The notes under the pieces: generated by a model
What the model was told of the DNA's origin: nothing
Seen by the model: the letters and a program-made list of their open reading frames with translations, nothing else
Databases searched by the model: none
Source: Salpingoeca rosetta
Taxonomy: Eukaryota; Protista; Choanoflagellata
Assembly: GCA_033442325.1 (NCBI GenBank)
Contig: JAWQFM010000003.1
Location: 2,667,657 to 2,731,540, forward strand
Direction: 5' to 3'
DNA length: 63,884 nucleotides
Translations under genes and position numbers: made by a program
Shown here: positions 14,313 through 28,824 of the stretch, in pieces
Numbering within the stretch: position 1 is the stretch's first letter
Layout of the letters: every line of letters begins with the position of its first letter

Positions 14313-15335
14313 ACGCACGTGAAGCGATCGCCGTGCTTCACTTGTGTTGTTGTTTGTATTTGTGCTGTTCCTTCCCTTCTCCCTTCTGTTGTCCTTCCAG
14401 CAGCCAGTCGACAGTCGACAGAGTCAAGTCAAGCAAGTCCCCGTGACTCATGCAACTCACAAACAACAGCACGACCACAGCCGCACAGCTGCTTCTTCAC
14501 TTCGTTGGTTTGTTGTTGTCGCTATCTTTGGCGCGAAACAAGCCAGTGTGTGATGTGTGGGATTTCAGCAGCAACGCCACAGAATAAAAAATTCTTTTCT
14601 AATTCCGTGGCACCTTCGCAGACAGACACCAAAAGCAAGCGAGTGAGCGAGCAACCGACTGACTGACGTCTGGCTCCCTTCTCCTTCCCTCGAACCCTCG
14701 CTCGCTTGCGTCGCCTCTCATCAACATCAACAACAGAACAACACAATCAACACACACACACACACACACACATCGCTTCATCAAGCCAGAACGTTGTTTA
14801 GCTACGGAGGTGTGTGTGTGTGTGTGCGTGCACCGAGACTCTCCGGTTTTAGCTCGTCAGGTGTTTGGCCTCACATTTGCCGCTGGAACTGCGACACAAC
14901 CGAAAACAGCACACGACAACCAAAAGGTGTGTTGCGTGTGTGCGCGTGTGTGCGCGTGTGTGTGCGTGTGTGCTGTGTGTGTGCGTGTGTGCCGAGATTG
15001 GAAGGCCGCGCACGGCGTGGTGCGTGCATGTGGCCACAGAATTCGTTGTGCTGCTGCTGTTTGTTTGGTGAGCCTGGTGTGCCCACCTTCACGACTCGCT
15101 GCCGCCACTGTTGTCCCCACATCGCAGTTCTCCTCACCTTGCGTTGCATGTCTGTTGTGTTGCTTGCCGTTACATTACCGCTTTCGCGCTCACTGCGTGC
15201 GCGTTTCTTCGGCAATCAAGGTCCCCAAATCAGTCACCCAGTAACTGAAGCTGCAGCAACTAAGCTCCAGCTCACCCGTCGCGGCCGCAACAAGCTCCAG
15301 CACACACACATACATACACCACACACATACATACA

Positions 15336-15435
<100 letters not shown>

Positions 15436-15579
15436 GATTGCTGAGGGAGCAGCAGCCACGACCACTGCTCGCATCATCGCAACTCGTACACAACAACACG
15501 CCTTCCCTCTGCATCATTGGCACCGCCACCACACGCACACCAACCACAAACACGTGGCCGCCGCACCAACACAACCGCC

Positions 15580-16424
15580 ATGTCTGTGAAGGTGGCTGTG
15601 CGATGCCGCCCCTTCAACAAGCGGGAGCTCAAGCTCAAGAGCGAGTGCATCGTGGAGATGCAAGGCAGCTCCACGTGCCTGTACGACCCGGGCAGCAAGC
15701 TCAAGGGCCAGAAACCGAGACAGTTCACCTTTGACCACTCCTTCTGGAGCTTCGACGGCGAGGATGACCACTTTGCAACGCAGCACCACGTGTTTGACTC
15801 CATCGGCAGCCAGCTCATGACCGATGTTGTTGCCGGGTACAACGCGTGCGTCTTCGCCTACGGGCAGACCGGCGCCGGCAAGTCGTACAGCATGATGGGC
15901 GGCAAGGGCGACGACCGCGGCATCATCCCGCGCCTGTGCGAGAACCTGTTCGACGTGATCCAGGAGAAACAGGCTGACCCGTCATGGTCCGCAAAGGTGG
16001 AGGTGCGGTACATGGAGATTTACCTGGAGAAGGTGCGCGACTTGCTCAACCCGGCGAAGCAGAAGCCGCTCAAGGTCCGCGAGCACCAGTCCACGGGGCC
16101 ATATGTGGAAGGGCTCACCTCCCACGCCGTCACAGACTTTGAAGGCGTCAAGACCCTCATGGACGACGGCAACAAGGTCCGCGAGGGCGTGCGAGCGTGA
16201 GGGTGTGTGTGCGTGTGTGCGTGTGTGTGACTATGCTTTTGCTTGTACGTTTGGGCATGTGAGTGTGATTTTCGCGTATTGTTGTTGCTGCCCATGGCCT
16301 TTGCTCAGGCACACTTCTTTGCTTCACTTCTTGTCCAGCGTTCCTTGAACAAACACAAACACACGCACAAACACACGCACACGCTGTGCACATGCGCTCA
16401 CTTGTTCCCTCCCTCTCCCTCCTC

Positions 16425-16497
<73 letters not shown>

Positions 16498-19400
16498 GGC
16501 AGATGCGGACGGTGGCTTCGACGTCGATGAACGACGTGAGCTCGCGGTCCCACGCCATCTTCCAGATTGTGTTCACGCAGATTCAGGTGACCAAGCGCGG
16601 GCGGCGCGAGGTGAAGACGGAACGCGTGAGCAAGATCAACCTCGTCGACCTGGCCGGCAGCGAGCGCTCGGGGCAGATCAACAAGGACCAGTCCAGCCGC
16701 ATGAAGGAGGGAAACATCATCAACCTCTCCCTGTCCACGCTGGGCAAGGTCATCTCCACCCTGGCGGACATGTCTGCGAAGAAGAAGACGCTGCACGTGC
16801 CCTACCGCGACTCAACCCTGACGCAGCTCCTGCGCGAGTCACTTGGCGGTAACTCCAAGACCATCATGCTCGCAGCCATCAGCCCGGCAGACAAGAACTT
16901 CGACGAGACGCTGTCCACGCTGCGCTACGCAAACCAGGCCAAGCGCATCATGAACAAGGCCGTGGTGAACGAGGACGCCACAGCCACCATGGTCCGCAAG
17001 CTCAACGAGGAAATTGAGATCTTGCGCGCGCAGCTGCAGCAGGCAGGCACAGGCACCACCATCCCGGGCACGCCAACAGCAAGCAAGCTGCCAAACAGCA
17101 TCAAGCTTGGAGAGCGCTGCTTTGAGACGGTGGACGAGGTGCAGTCGGCGCTGCAGGAGAGCGAAAGCCTCGTGGTGGAGCTGACAAAGTCGTGGGAGGA
17201 GAAGCTCGAGCAGACGCTCGAGATGCAGCGGGAACGGTCGCAGCAGCTGGCAGAGCACGGCATTCTCATGGACGACAACGAGGACACGCCTGTTGGGGTG
17301 ATGCCGCCCGCCAAGGTGCCGTACCTGATCAACCTGCACCACTCACCGGCGGCCACGGAGTGCCTGGTCTACTTTCTCAAGGCAGGCGTGACCCTGGTGA
17401 CGCAGCTCGGCACCGTGTTTGAGCAGGACCCCCTACACACCAGCTTCGATGACAGAATAGCAGGCACCACCACACAACAGCCGCTCGCTGGTGGCGTGGT
17501 GGGCGATGATGATGACGACGACGACGACGACGACGACGACGATGATGATGATGTCGGTGGTGGTGAGCGTGGTGGTGGTGATGGTGGTGGTGGTGATTAT
17601 GGTGATCCTGGTGACGGTGGTGGCAGGAATCAGGTAGTTGATGGCCGCGGCAAAAGCAACAGTGGCGATGATGCTGATGATCAAGAGGGAGCAGACAGCC
17701 TGCAACAGCCTGCATCAAACCCTGCAACGACAACAGCACGAGACAACAACGAAGACAACGTGTTCGCGGACGGCGAGCAGCGCCCAGTTCAGCCGCCATC
17801 GCCTGCCTTCTCCGATGTCGTTGAACACCACAAGGAGCACCTCCGTCGCCTGAGCCGCAGCAGCAGCGTCCACAGCCTCGCATCCAGCCGCGACGGTAGC
17901 GAGCTCAACACCAGCGCCAGCACCAGCCTCCGCATGCCCTGGTCGCCACAGACACCATCGTCTGTGCTCACCCGCCCGCGCTCGGTCGCAGGCTCTGTGT
18001 CGTCGGAGGTCAGCGTCGGGGACACCCTGCGCACTATCCAGCTTGAGGGCGCTGAAATCTTCCCGGAGCACTGCGAGTTCCACTGCGTGTACCGTGACGA
18101 GACGGCAACGGTGAGCATCGACCCCATTGACACGCCCAACATCCTCGTCAACGACCGCGTGCTTGACGGCCCCATGCGCCTCAAAACCGGTGACGAAATC
18201 CTGCTGTCACCGTACCACCTGTTTCGCTTCGACAACCCCTTTGAGCGCAAAGACCCCCGTGGCGCGCCGGACCGCTACGCCTTTGCATCGTCCTCGCGCG
18301 CATCTGCACAGAGCGGCGACGTGTCGTCGAGAAACGGGACGCCGCTCTCGTTTGCAGGGCCAGCACCGCCGCCACAGCTGCTGCAGCAGGGCGAAGGGCA
18401 CGCCGTCTCCCCCTCATCGCTGCGCAGAGAGCCGCAACAGCAACAGCAGCAGCAGTATGGTGTGACGGGTGCAATCCCCGGCGGGCCGGTGCCAGCTGCA
18501 CCAACTGCAGTCACAGCCGTCACCACGGCAATGGAGGCGACTGCATCTGGCATGTCGCTGGACACGAGCGACCTGTCAGCGGAGGTGGAAGGGTGCATCT
18601 TGGACGAGAGACTGGAGTACCCTGAGCAGTACAGTGGCGCAGGCATATCTGCAGACGCACGCGAGGGTGGCGCGAGCGGCTGCTTCAACAACGACGCCGA
18701 TCAGCAGCAGCAACGACAACGTGGTGACCACCAGCATCACAGAGCTGGCGCAACCACACACCATATTCCCAACACGCCTACTTCCCAGCAACAACAGGAA
18801 CAGCAACAGCAACAGCAGCAGCAGCAAGCACTGGCGCTGAAGACGCAGACGCGGTTTGAGCACGCGCGCGAGGAAGCGGCGTTTGAGTACGACCCCGGCA
18901 CCGAGGACCTGATTCTCACGGCGATGATCACAAACATGGACGTGCACCGCCCAGAGTTCAAGCTGTTCCCGGCGTACGCGTGCTACCTCCTCATCCGCGG
19001 GTGCCAGCGACAGGGCGGGCAGGCGCCACACGAGCGCACGGCCGTGCTGCTGTCCAAGATGGCAACGCTGCTCAAGATGTCGCTGATGGACAGCCACGAC
19101 CTTGCCTCCCGCGCATACTGGTTTGCAAACTGCTCCGAGCTGTCCATGGTCCTGCGCTCAGACCTGACGCTCGTTGAGTATGGTTGCGCGCGCACACAGC
19201 AGGAGCTGGCCGAGATTGCCCGCGACGCGCACGACATGATCCTGGCCACGGTGAAGCGACGGTTCAAGGCTGCGCCAATCGCGCTGCTGTATGACGACTC
19301 TGCCTTCCCCATGGCCAACAGCCCCACGCTCCTGGCATCGTCCGTGTCCTCTGTTGCCTCCTCCTCCTCCTCTTCGGCGTCGTTGTCGCTGGCTGCACAC

Positions 19401-20957
19401 CGCGGCCATGCCAAGCGCGGTGCAACTGGCGGTTGCGGTGGCAGTGGTGGTGGGGGTCACGTGACTGTGAGTTATGTCATTGACTCGCTGGATGCGCTGT
19501 GGCGCGTCCTGAACGGGTGTTTGCTGTCTGCGCGCACCGTGAAGCAGATCTTTGACTCCACCTTCAACTACATTGGCGCCGTGTGCTTCAACGAGTTTAT
19601 TGACAACACAGACATGTTCCAGTGCGAGCGCGGCATGCTGCTCCGGTACAACCTGACCCAGGTGTCGGAGTGGGCGCGCAAGCGTGGCCTGTCCACGGAC
19701 GTCCACTTTGTGCACATTGTGCAGGCTGCGCAGCTGTTGCAGGCGCAGAAGACAAGCCTGCAGTACTTGGACATGATCTGCGACAGCTGCAACCGCCTCA
19801 ACTCGCTGCAGATGGAGCGCATCCTGTGCAATTACACGCCCACGCACGGGGAAGATCCCATTGCCACCAACCTCATTGACTGCATCAAGGCACGCTTCAT
19901 GGCCTCCATTGACAAGAAGAACCTGGTAGAAGATGAGTCTCTTGCTGGCCGCATTCACCTCCACCGCAACCCGGACTTTTCGCTCCCCTTTCGCCTCTCC
20001 GGCGAGTCTCACATGGGCACGGGCCTGGTGCGTCTTTCTTCATCCGCGCAGTGTTGTGCTGTGCATGGTGGAGTGCTGCTGGTGTATTTTTGTGCGTGTG
20101 GTGTGGGGTGTGTGGTTTGTGGTTTGTGTGCGTGGTGTGTGGTTTGTGGTTTGTGTGCGTGGTGTGTGCGTGTGGTGCGTGGTTTGTGGTTTGTGTGCGT
20201 GTGGTGTGTGGTTTGTGGTTTGTGTGCGTGGTGTAGGTGTTGTGCACATGGTTTGTGTTTTCCGTGTTCGTGTCACCTTTGGTGCTGTGACAGCTGTACA
20301 ACTGTCTGTGAACACCATACTCATCACTGCTGCAACCTGAATCATTGCAACCTCTCTGTTTGTTCGCGCCACGCGTTCCAGGTGGATGTCGAGCTGATTC
20401 GGAGCGTCAAGGGGGTCATGCAGAACCTGATTGATGCGTCCATGCGCCCGCGCAACAACGACGCCGATAACGACACGGAGAGCGTGGGCGGCAGCGTCTG
20501 CAGCGACCTGCAAGCTGAGCGCGACGACACACACGGGCACAGGGACCACAACACCAGCACTGACAGTGGCAGTGGTGATGGTGGCTCCAAGCATGCAGGT
20601 GCACAGCAACGTGGGGATGGTGGTGAGGCGCAGGCAGCGAAAGCGGACGCTGAGGAAGAGGACACAAACGCGGAGAGGAATGAAGGGAGGAACTGCAGCA
20701 GCAGTCATGGGAGTGGTTCTCGGTCTAGCAGCGTCACCGGGACCGCCAGCACCGCACACGACGGACCGCACAAGCGCTCGCCATTCTCGTCATCGTCACC
20801 ACCGTCGTCGCCGCATGGCACGTTTGCGCGCGTTCAAGCATCCAAGAACGAGGTGGTGCCAGCGGACGCGTGGGCATCGCTGCACTTGTTCCCTCAGGCG
20901 GAGCTTGCGCTTGTCCGTCACCGCCCGCCACTCTCCTTCTTTGACCTGCTCAGCTGA
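15580..20957 (+). CDS. Kinesin-3-type motor protein with split FHA domain and C-terminal Dilute (DIL) domain, 3 exons (15580-16176, 16503-20027, 20382-20957)
   Basis: MSVKVAVRCRPFNKRE, FTFDHSFWS, P-loop GQTGAGKS, switch I SSRSH, switch II DLAGSE, HVPYRDSTLT, kinesin-3 neck KAVVNED, SWEEKL, FHA halves PYLINL...CLVYFLKAGVT and IQLEGAEIFPEHC...HLFRFDNP, DIL signature QIFDSTFNYIGAVCFNEFI...GMLLRYNLTQVSEWA...HIVQAAQLLQ...LNSLQMERILCNYTP. Confidence 0.92.
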
Positions 20958-21633
20958 TTGTGTTTGTGTTTGTGGTGTTTGTGCGTTCAGTGTGTGTGTG
21001 TGTGTGTTTGTGCGTTCATGTGTGTGTGTTTGTGCGTTCATGTGTGTGTGTGTGTGTTTGTGTTTGTGTTTGTGATTGCGTTCAGTGTGTTTGTGTTCAT
21101 GCCTTCCATTGTCATGTTTGAGAGCAGTGTATGCGTGATTTGCAGCAGTGAGATGTTGCTTCTCTGGTCTCGATTTCTCCTCTTCTGCTAATCGATTGCA
21201 TTGATGAGCTTTGCGTTTTGTTTTCTCGCTCGATCGCCGCCCCGTTCCGGTACCAGCTCATTGTTATTGTGTTTTCATCGTTCCTGTCGTAGAAGTGAGG
21301 GAGGGAGGGAGTGAGTGACGACAAAGGGAAGCATGGTTGCGCCTTGCCCGCTTGGTCGTGTGTATTTTCGTTCTCGTGTTCGTTTCTCGTGTTTAGGTCC
21401 ACGATATGTATAAACAACCAGCCCACTCATGTGCACGGGAAACAGACAACTCGCCCAAGCTGGTGCCAATTTCTCGAAATTGTACGCAGGCGATGGATGA
21501 CTGCGTCAGGTGTATGTGCATGCATGCATCGACAGGGCACGAAAAGACGAATGAAAAAGGGCCAAGCAAGCAACCAAGCAAAACAGCATGGCCAAGCGAG
21601 GGATGCTGGGGCTGCCGTTGATAGTTGCGCCGT

Positions 21634-23195
21634 TTATGAGTGTGGTTGTGCATCTGAGGACTTGTTGAGGGCGACAGCGTAAACGTCGTCGTGGTGCAGC
21701 TGCGGTGCGTGCGTGCCTGTGCAAGTGCTCGTGTCCGTAGCGAGTTGGTACACGGGCTGCGGTCCTCCCCGGCCGCGAGCAACGGACCCCATTCGCCGCA
21801 AACGGAACATCCGATCTGCAGCCTGGCGCGTGCAACGCAATGTGTGAGTGAGTGAGAGTGAGTGAGAGTGAGAGTGAGTGAGTGAGTGAGTGAGTGAGTG
21901 AGTGAGTGAGTGTGTGTGTGAGTGAGTGTGTGAGTGAGTGTGTGAGTGAATGGGTTGTAGGCGCATGATTCCCGTAAACTGCAACCCCCCAAAAAACAAA
22001 GCGCCTCACCTCGTCGTTGGGCCCTTGTTGCAAGACGTTGACATTGTCGTAGATGGTGTCAAACGCCAACTGCACGTTCTCATATCCGGCGGGGCGCTGC
22101 TGCGCTTGGCGAATCTGCTCCACCAAGTTGTCGTATCCACCACGCATACGACTCGCAGCTCTCGCGCTCTGGTGGTGATTCATGATTGGTTGGTGATTGG
22201 TTGGTGGTTGGTGAGGCGATCAACGTCATGCTCGCGCAACAAAGAAGAAAAGCAAGCATCACTGCCAAGGGTATTGCAAATAAACCGCATGCCGCAGGCT
22301 CCGAACAAATGGGTGCACCTGTTGCATGAGTGTGCTGGTGGTGTGTGCTGCGTGCAAGCACAACAGCTCCGGATCAGCAGCCTGAAACGCCTCCTCTGCA
22401 TGACTTGTTTGTTCGCGCTCAACAGTAAGCACACGCAGCATTCGCGCCCCAAAAGGCGTCGTGTACTCGACTTGCAGCTGCATGGTGTGTGTGTATGTGT
22501 GTGTGTGTGTGCATGTGCGTGAGAGAGACAGAGAGAGAGAGAGAGAGTTTATGTGTGTGTGTGCACGTGCGTGAATTTACACGCGTGCACGTGCGTGAAT
22601 TTACACGCGTGTGAATATACACGCGTGCTGGACGGAAGCCAGTCACAGCATCAGCAAACACAATGTGCCAAGCAAGCACCGAGCATTCATACAGGCACAA
22701 TTCGTAGTCATCATGGCCACACGAACTTGAAATGGCAGCCGTTGATCGGCTGCGGGCGGCATACACGGGACAGGGAGCTGAGCAGCCTGGGACGGAAGAA
22801 TGGCTCCAAACTGATTCAGTACGGTGGTGCGTGGTTAGGACATGCATGTCAATGTGATTTTTTTGTGGTGTATGAGAACGGGTTGGCAGGTGGGTGGATG
22901 CATTGGGTCTTGCGAGCGACAAAGCATGCTGTGTCACCATGAGTTCCGTGCACGAGCCCCTGTTTGGGGTTCATGTTGTACCTGGAATGTGGTAAAGACG
23001 TCGTTTGAAATGCAGCCAAGACGCTGCGTTTCAAAGCTCATGCCAATGTCAGTGCACAAGGGATGCCCGAAGCGGTATGCCTGCAAACTGCGCAAAGCGG
23101 GACATTGGTGGAACACAAACAATGATGAGGCGGCGTGTCAACACGGACCGAAATGGTCAATCAAACAATCGCAAACGATCTCAGCGCAAGTACCT

Positions 23196-23253
<58 letters not shown>

Positions 23254-23514
23254 CAACCAAGTGTGTGTGATGAGCTTGATGGCGACGGAGGACGCGACAA
23301 AGTCCTCACGCACAATCTTCCGCAAGGTTTCAGTCAACTGCAGTTGATTGGAATTGTTGGAGGTAACGTAGATGCATGTGAACAGGTGTATATGGAAGAC
23401 ACACGCACGCATACACAGTGACAGTGTGCGAAGGTTGAAACTGAGTTTAGAATTCCATGCCTGTGTTGCCCGCAACACTCCATCACACCCCGCTCGCCCC
23501 TTTATGGACCCCTG

Positions 23515-23600
<86 letters not shown>

Positions 23601-24453
23601 NNNNNNNNNNNNNNNNNNNNNNNNNNNNNNNNNNNNNNNNNNNNNNNNNNNNNNNNNNNNNNNNNNNNNNNNNNNNNNNNNNNNNNNNNNNNNNNNNNNN
23701 NNNNNNNNNNNNNNNNNNNNNNNNNNNNNNNNNNNNNNNNNNNNNNNNNNNNNNNNNNNNNNNNNNNNNNNNNNNNNNNNNNNNNNNNNNNNNNNNNNNN
23801 NNNNNNNNNNNNNNNNNNNNNNNNNNNNNNNNNNNNNNNNNNNNNNNNNNNNNNNNNNNNNNNNNNNNNNNNNNNNNNNNNNNNNNNNNNNNNNNNNNNN
23901 NNNNNNNNNNNNNNNNNNNNNNNNNNNNNNNNNNNNNNNNNNNNNNNNNNNNNNNNNNNNNNNNNNNNNNNNNNNNNNNNNNNNNNNNNNNNNNNNNNNN
24001 NNNNNNNNNNNNNNNNNNNNNNNNNNNNNNNNNNNNNNNNNNNNNNNNNNNNNNNNNNNNNNNNNNNNNNNNNNNNNNNNNNNNNNNNNNNNNNNNNNNN
24101 NNNNNNNNNNNNNNNNNNNNNNNNNNNNNNNNNNNNNNNNNNNNNNNNNNNNNNNNNNNNNNNNNNNNNNNNNNNNNNNNNNNNNNNNNNNNNNNNNNNN
24201 NNNNNNNNNNNNNNNNNNNNNNNNNNNNNNNNNNNNNNNNNNNNNNNNNNNNNNNNNNNNNNNNNNNNNNNNNNNNNNNAATCAACAAACCCATTTACAC
24301 AATAAGGCAACACATTCATACAAAAGCACACAACAAAAAAAAAAAATAAAAAAAATAAAACACCCATCACCCTAATGATGCTTCCATGCCATCTCTCTCT
24401 CCCAGCCTCCCTGTTTATCTTCGGGCTCTCTATCTCCATTTCGGTGGCACACA

Positions 24454-24495
<42 letters not shown>

Positions 24496-24807
24496 CGCAC
24501 GCACACATCACAGACACACACAGCTTTCGCGTGTGCGCTATAAAGCTGCGAGGTCTGTGTTTAATGTGATCAGCACGAGGGGGTCCTCTGGTTTTGTGAG
24601 CAGATGACTCCACCCAGCACCGCGCAACTCTGGGTGAGGCTAATATTGTTGGGCGAGGCTGGTGGAGAGTGTGTATTCTTTGGCGGGTGCGGATGGTAGA
24701 GAGTGGTTTTTTTGTGTGGGTGTGGGAGAGAGTGTGAGAGAGAGTGAGAGGGAGACAGAGAGAGGGGGAGAGGGGGGGGGGGGGGGGAGAGAGAGAGAGA
24801 GAGAGAG

Positions 24808-24839
<32 letters not shown>

Positions 24840-24882
24840 AGTGAGAGAGAGAGAGAGAGAGAGTGAGTGAGAGTGAGTGAGT

Positions 24883-24913
<31 letters not shown>

Positions 24914-25709
24914 CAAGCAAAAAAATGTGATGAACATACGCACGTGCCACAGTGTCAAGGCAATCGCGTGACCATGCCGTACCAGATCAGCAAGGCAGCC
25001 CTGAATGGCCGCCTTCATGTGGTCCAGGCGCGACACATAATGCTCTCCATCACCATCCCGCACCGTTGACGTGACGCTGACGAAGGTGGACGTGGTGTGG
25101 TGGAAGGAGAGAGAGATGATGTGAGGAAGAACAATTTTCATACTCAACAAGAACAACACACAGAGGGACCGCACAACCACCGCGCACCCAACACAAGGGC
25201 TGCAAAGCATGACAAAACGAAATGATGTACAGAAGGAACGCGGTGAACGGCGGTGATAAATCATGCTTGCATGCTGGCGAAACCCACCCCATGCTTCCAC
25301 TGATGTCAATGCAGAACACATAGAGCGGTGCTTTTGGGCGCTTCTTGATGGTAGGGCCCTGGTTATGTCGAAACGAACGCATCAACAACGCATTTAAACC
25401 AGTGGAGCACGCGCGGAATGTCAATCAACGACAAGGTACAGTTGTGCCAGCGCACAAATGCATGAGGGAACAAGGTTGTAGCTGGGCAAGGTGGCGTTGC
25501 GCGAACCGAGAGCGTATACTCGACGGTTGAGTGTCCAGCCAGTTTCTTCAACGCCTTGTGCTTCTTCACGACATTGTCCTGTGAGCAAGTGGGCGAGGAA
25601 GCGGGTGAGCGAGAGTGTGGATGCCGTGATGATTGCGGCGAAAAGGTGCCTTGTAACACTTGCCAATGAGCTGGCGCACGTTCAGACACGCACACACACA
25701 CGCACACAC

Positions 25710-25782
<73 letters not shown>

Positions 25783-26681
25783 ATCACACACGCGCACGCA
25801 CAAACAAACAATATCACCTTGCGGCAGAATTCACAGCGCCAGGCTGATCCCTCCAGCTGCGAGAACTCGTTGGCATATGCACCGCAATTGCTGCACGGCC
25901 ACCAGGACACACAATCGCGCATTCGGTGAAACGGACGCGGCACACGCGAGGTTGCTTTTTCGGAGACACATCCACAGCAGAAGAGACAAAACACGTGCAC
26001 TGAAGCGTGTGGAAACTCTATAAGTTGACTGCGGTCGCGCGCACGTGTGTGTGTGTGTGCACGTACAGTGTTTGTACCTGCATTGGACAGTTTGGTCCTT
26101 GGTGGCCTTGTGGGCTTGCGGATCGCTGACAATCTGGGCCGGCCGCACAACGAGGAAGTTTGTGTCCACGGTCATGCCCTCGTCGCTCTCCTCTTCGGGG
26201 ATGCCATGTGTCTGTGCACAAAGGATTTGAGTCGCACGGAAGGCATGAAGGAGTGTTGGTGAAACCATTGTGCGTGTGTGTGTGTGCGTGTTGCGTGTGT
26301 TGCGGGGAGGGGGAGGGGAGATGTTGTGGTTGGAGGAGGTGAGGAGTAGCAAGAGTGACGAGCGGTAATGGGTGGGAGCATCATATGGGTTAGGTGGCTG
26401 GCATACCGGCAGTGGTCCATAGACGTGTGTTTGCTGGACATTGTCGTAGTCCACATGATCCCCTACGCGTGTGCATGTGCATGTGAGTGAGTGAGTGAGT
26501 GTGTGTGTGCATGTGCGTGTGCATGTGTGTGTGTGTGTGTGCAAGTGAGCAAATGGGAGAACGACGATCGTGCCTGGAAGCGCAAGTTTGCAACAGCGGA
26601 CAAACCACAAATGACTGGCGGACAAACGGACAGACAGACAGACGGACAGACGGACAGACTAACAGACTGGCGGACAGACAG

Positions 26682-26719
<38 letters not shown>

Positions 26720-27042
26720 CCGGACACAAAGTACATTGCAAACACACACGCACACACCCAGACACGCGCACACACCCAGACACAAAGTACACGCGCACAC
26801 ACCCAGACACAAAGTACATTGCACACACACACACACACACACACAGAAAACACATTGCAAACACATCCATGACAACCGATCGACCCACCTTGAACGCGAA
26901 GGGCGCGCATGCTGTCGTGGGCTGTGCGTGTGCGTTCATCCTCCTGTACAGCTTCCTTCATGTGCACAAACCGCGAACCAAAGGTCACCATGGGCGCACC
27001 AGCACCAGCGCCGCGGACAGCCATTGCATCGTCGTCCTCCAT
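21634..27042 (-). CDS. Sec23/Sec24-type Zn-finger + vWA protein (CPRAS1-like, no Ras domain visible), multi-exon, interrupted by a gap
   Basis: Exon 1 MEDDD...MVTFGSRFVHM; spliced QCSNCGAYANEFSQLEGSAWRCEFCRK (CxxC...CxxC); vWA start PLYVFCIDISGSM; YVSRLDHMKAAIQGCL; LPFQ|LQVEYTTPFGARMLRVLT; DEAADRMFRLRRM. Central exons fall in the 23601-24279 gap or in low-quality sequence. Confidence 0.7.
23601..24279. other. Assembly gap
   Basis: Run of N adjacent to a (TG)n tract. Confidence 1.
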
Positions 27043-27156
27043 CGTCTCTGCTGTCTTCTTCGTTGTTTGTGTTTGGCCTTTGTTGACGTTTCGCGAAAAT
27101 CTTCAGCTACTTATCGGCACACCCGAGGGAGGAGTGCTCGCTCGCTCGTCATCATC
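27043..27156. promoter_or_regulatory. Probable bidirectional promoter (114 nt between divergent ATGs)
   Basis: vWA gene starts at 27042 (-) and the secreted protein at 27157 (+). Confidence 0.5.
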
Positions 27157-28524
<1,368 letters not shown>

Positions 28525-28675
28525 TACGACATGGTGGCGTGGTGGCCGCGTGCATTTGTGTTTGGCTTGCAGGCAAAAACCCCTTAAGATTGAATGCAGT
28601 GCTCAAGTATGTGTGCAACTCACCCATGGAGGTGTGGGTGACGTGACGCGCACACGACTGTCGCATGGTTTTTGA

Positions 28676-28736
<61 letters not shown>

Positions 28737-28745
28737 TCTTCGTCG

Positions 28746-28824
<79 letters not shown>

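Noticed and set aside
20028-20381. Cys/Trp/Val-rich hydrophobic segment in the 1523-aa kinesin ORF that looks like a TM region
   Set aside because: It is a 354-nt stop-free GT-AG intron made of degenerate GTGGTTT/GT repeats.
24280-24660. A-rich run and scrambled coding-like sequence after the second gap, resembling a retroelement tail
   Set aside because: This is contig-edge sequence beyond microsatellite and poly-G tracts, probably low quality. No RT, TSD or element features.
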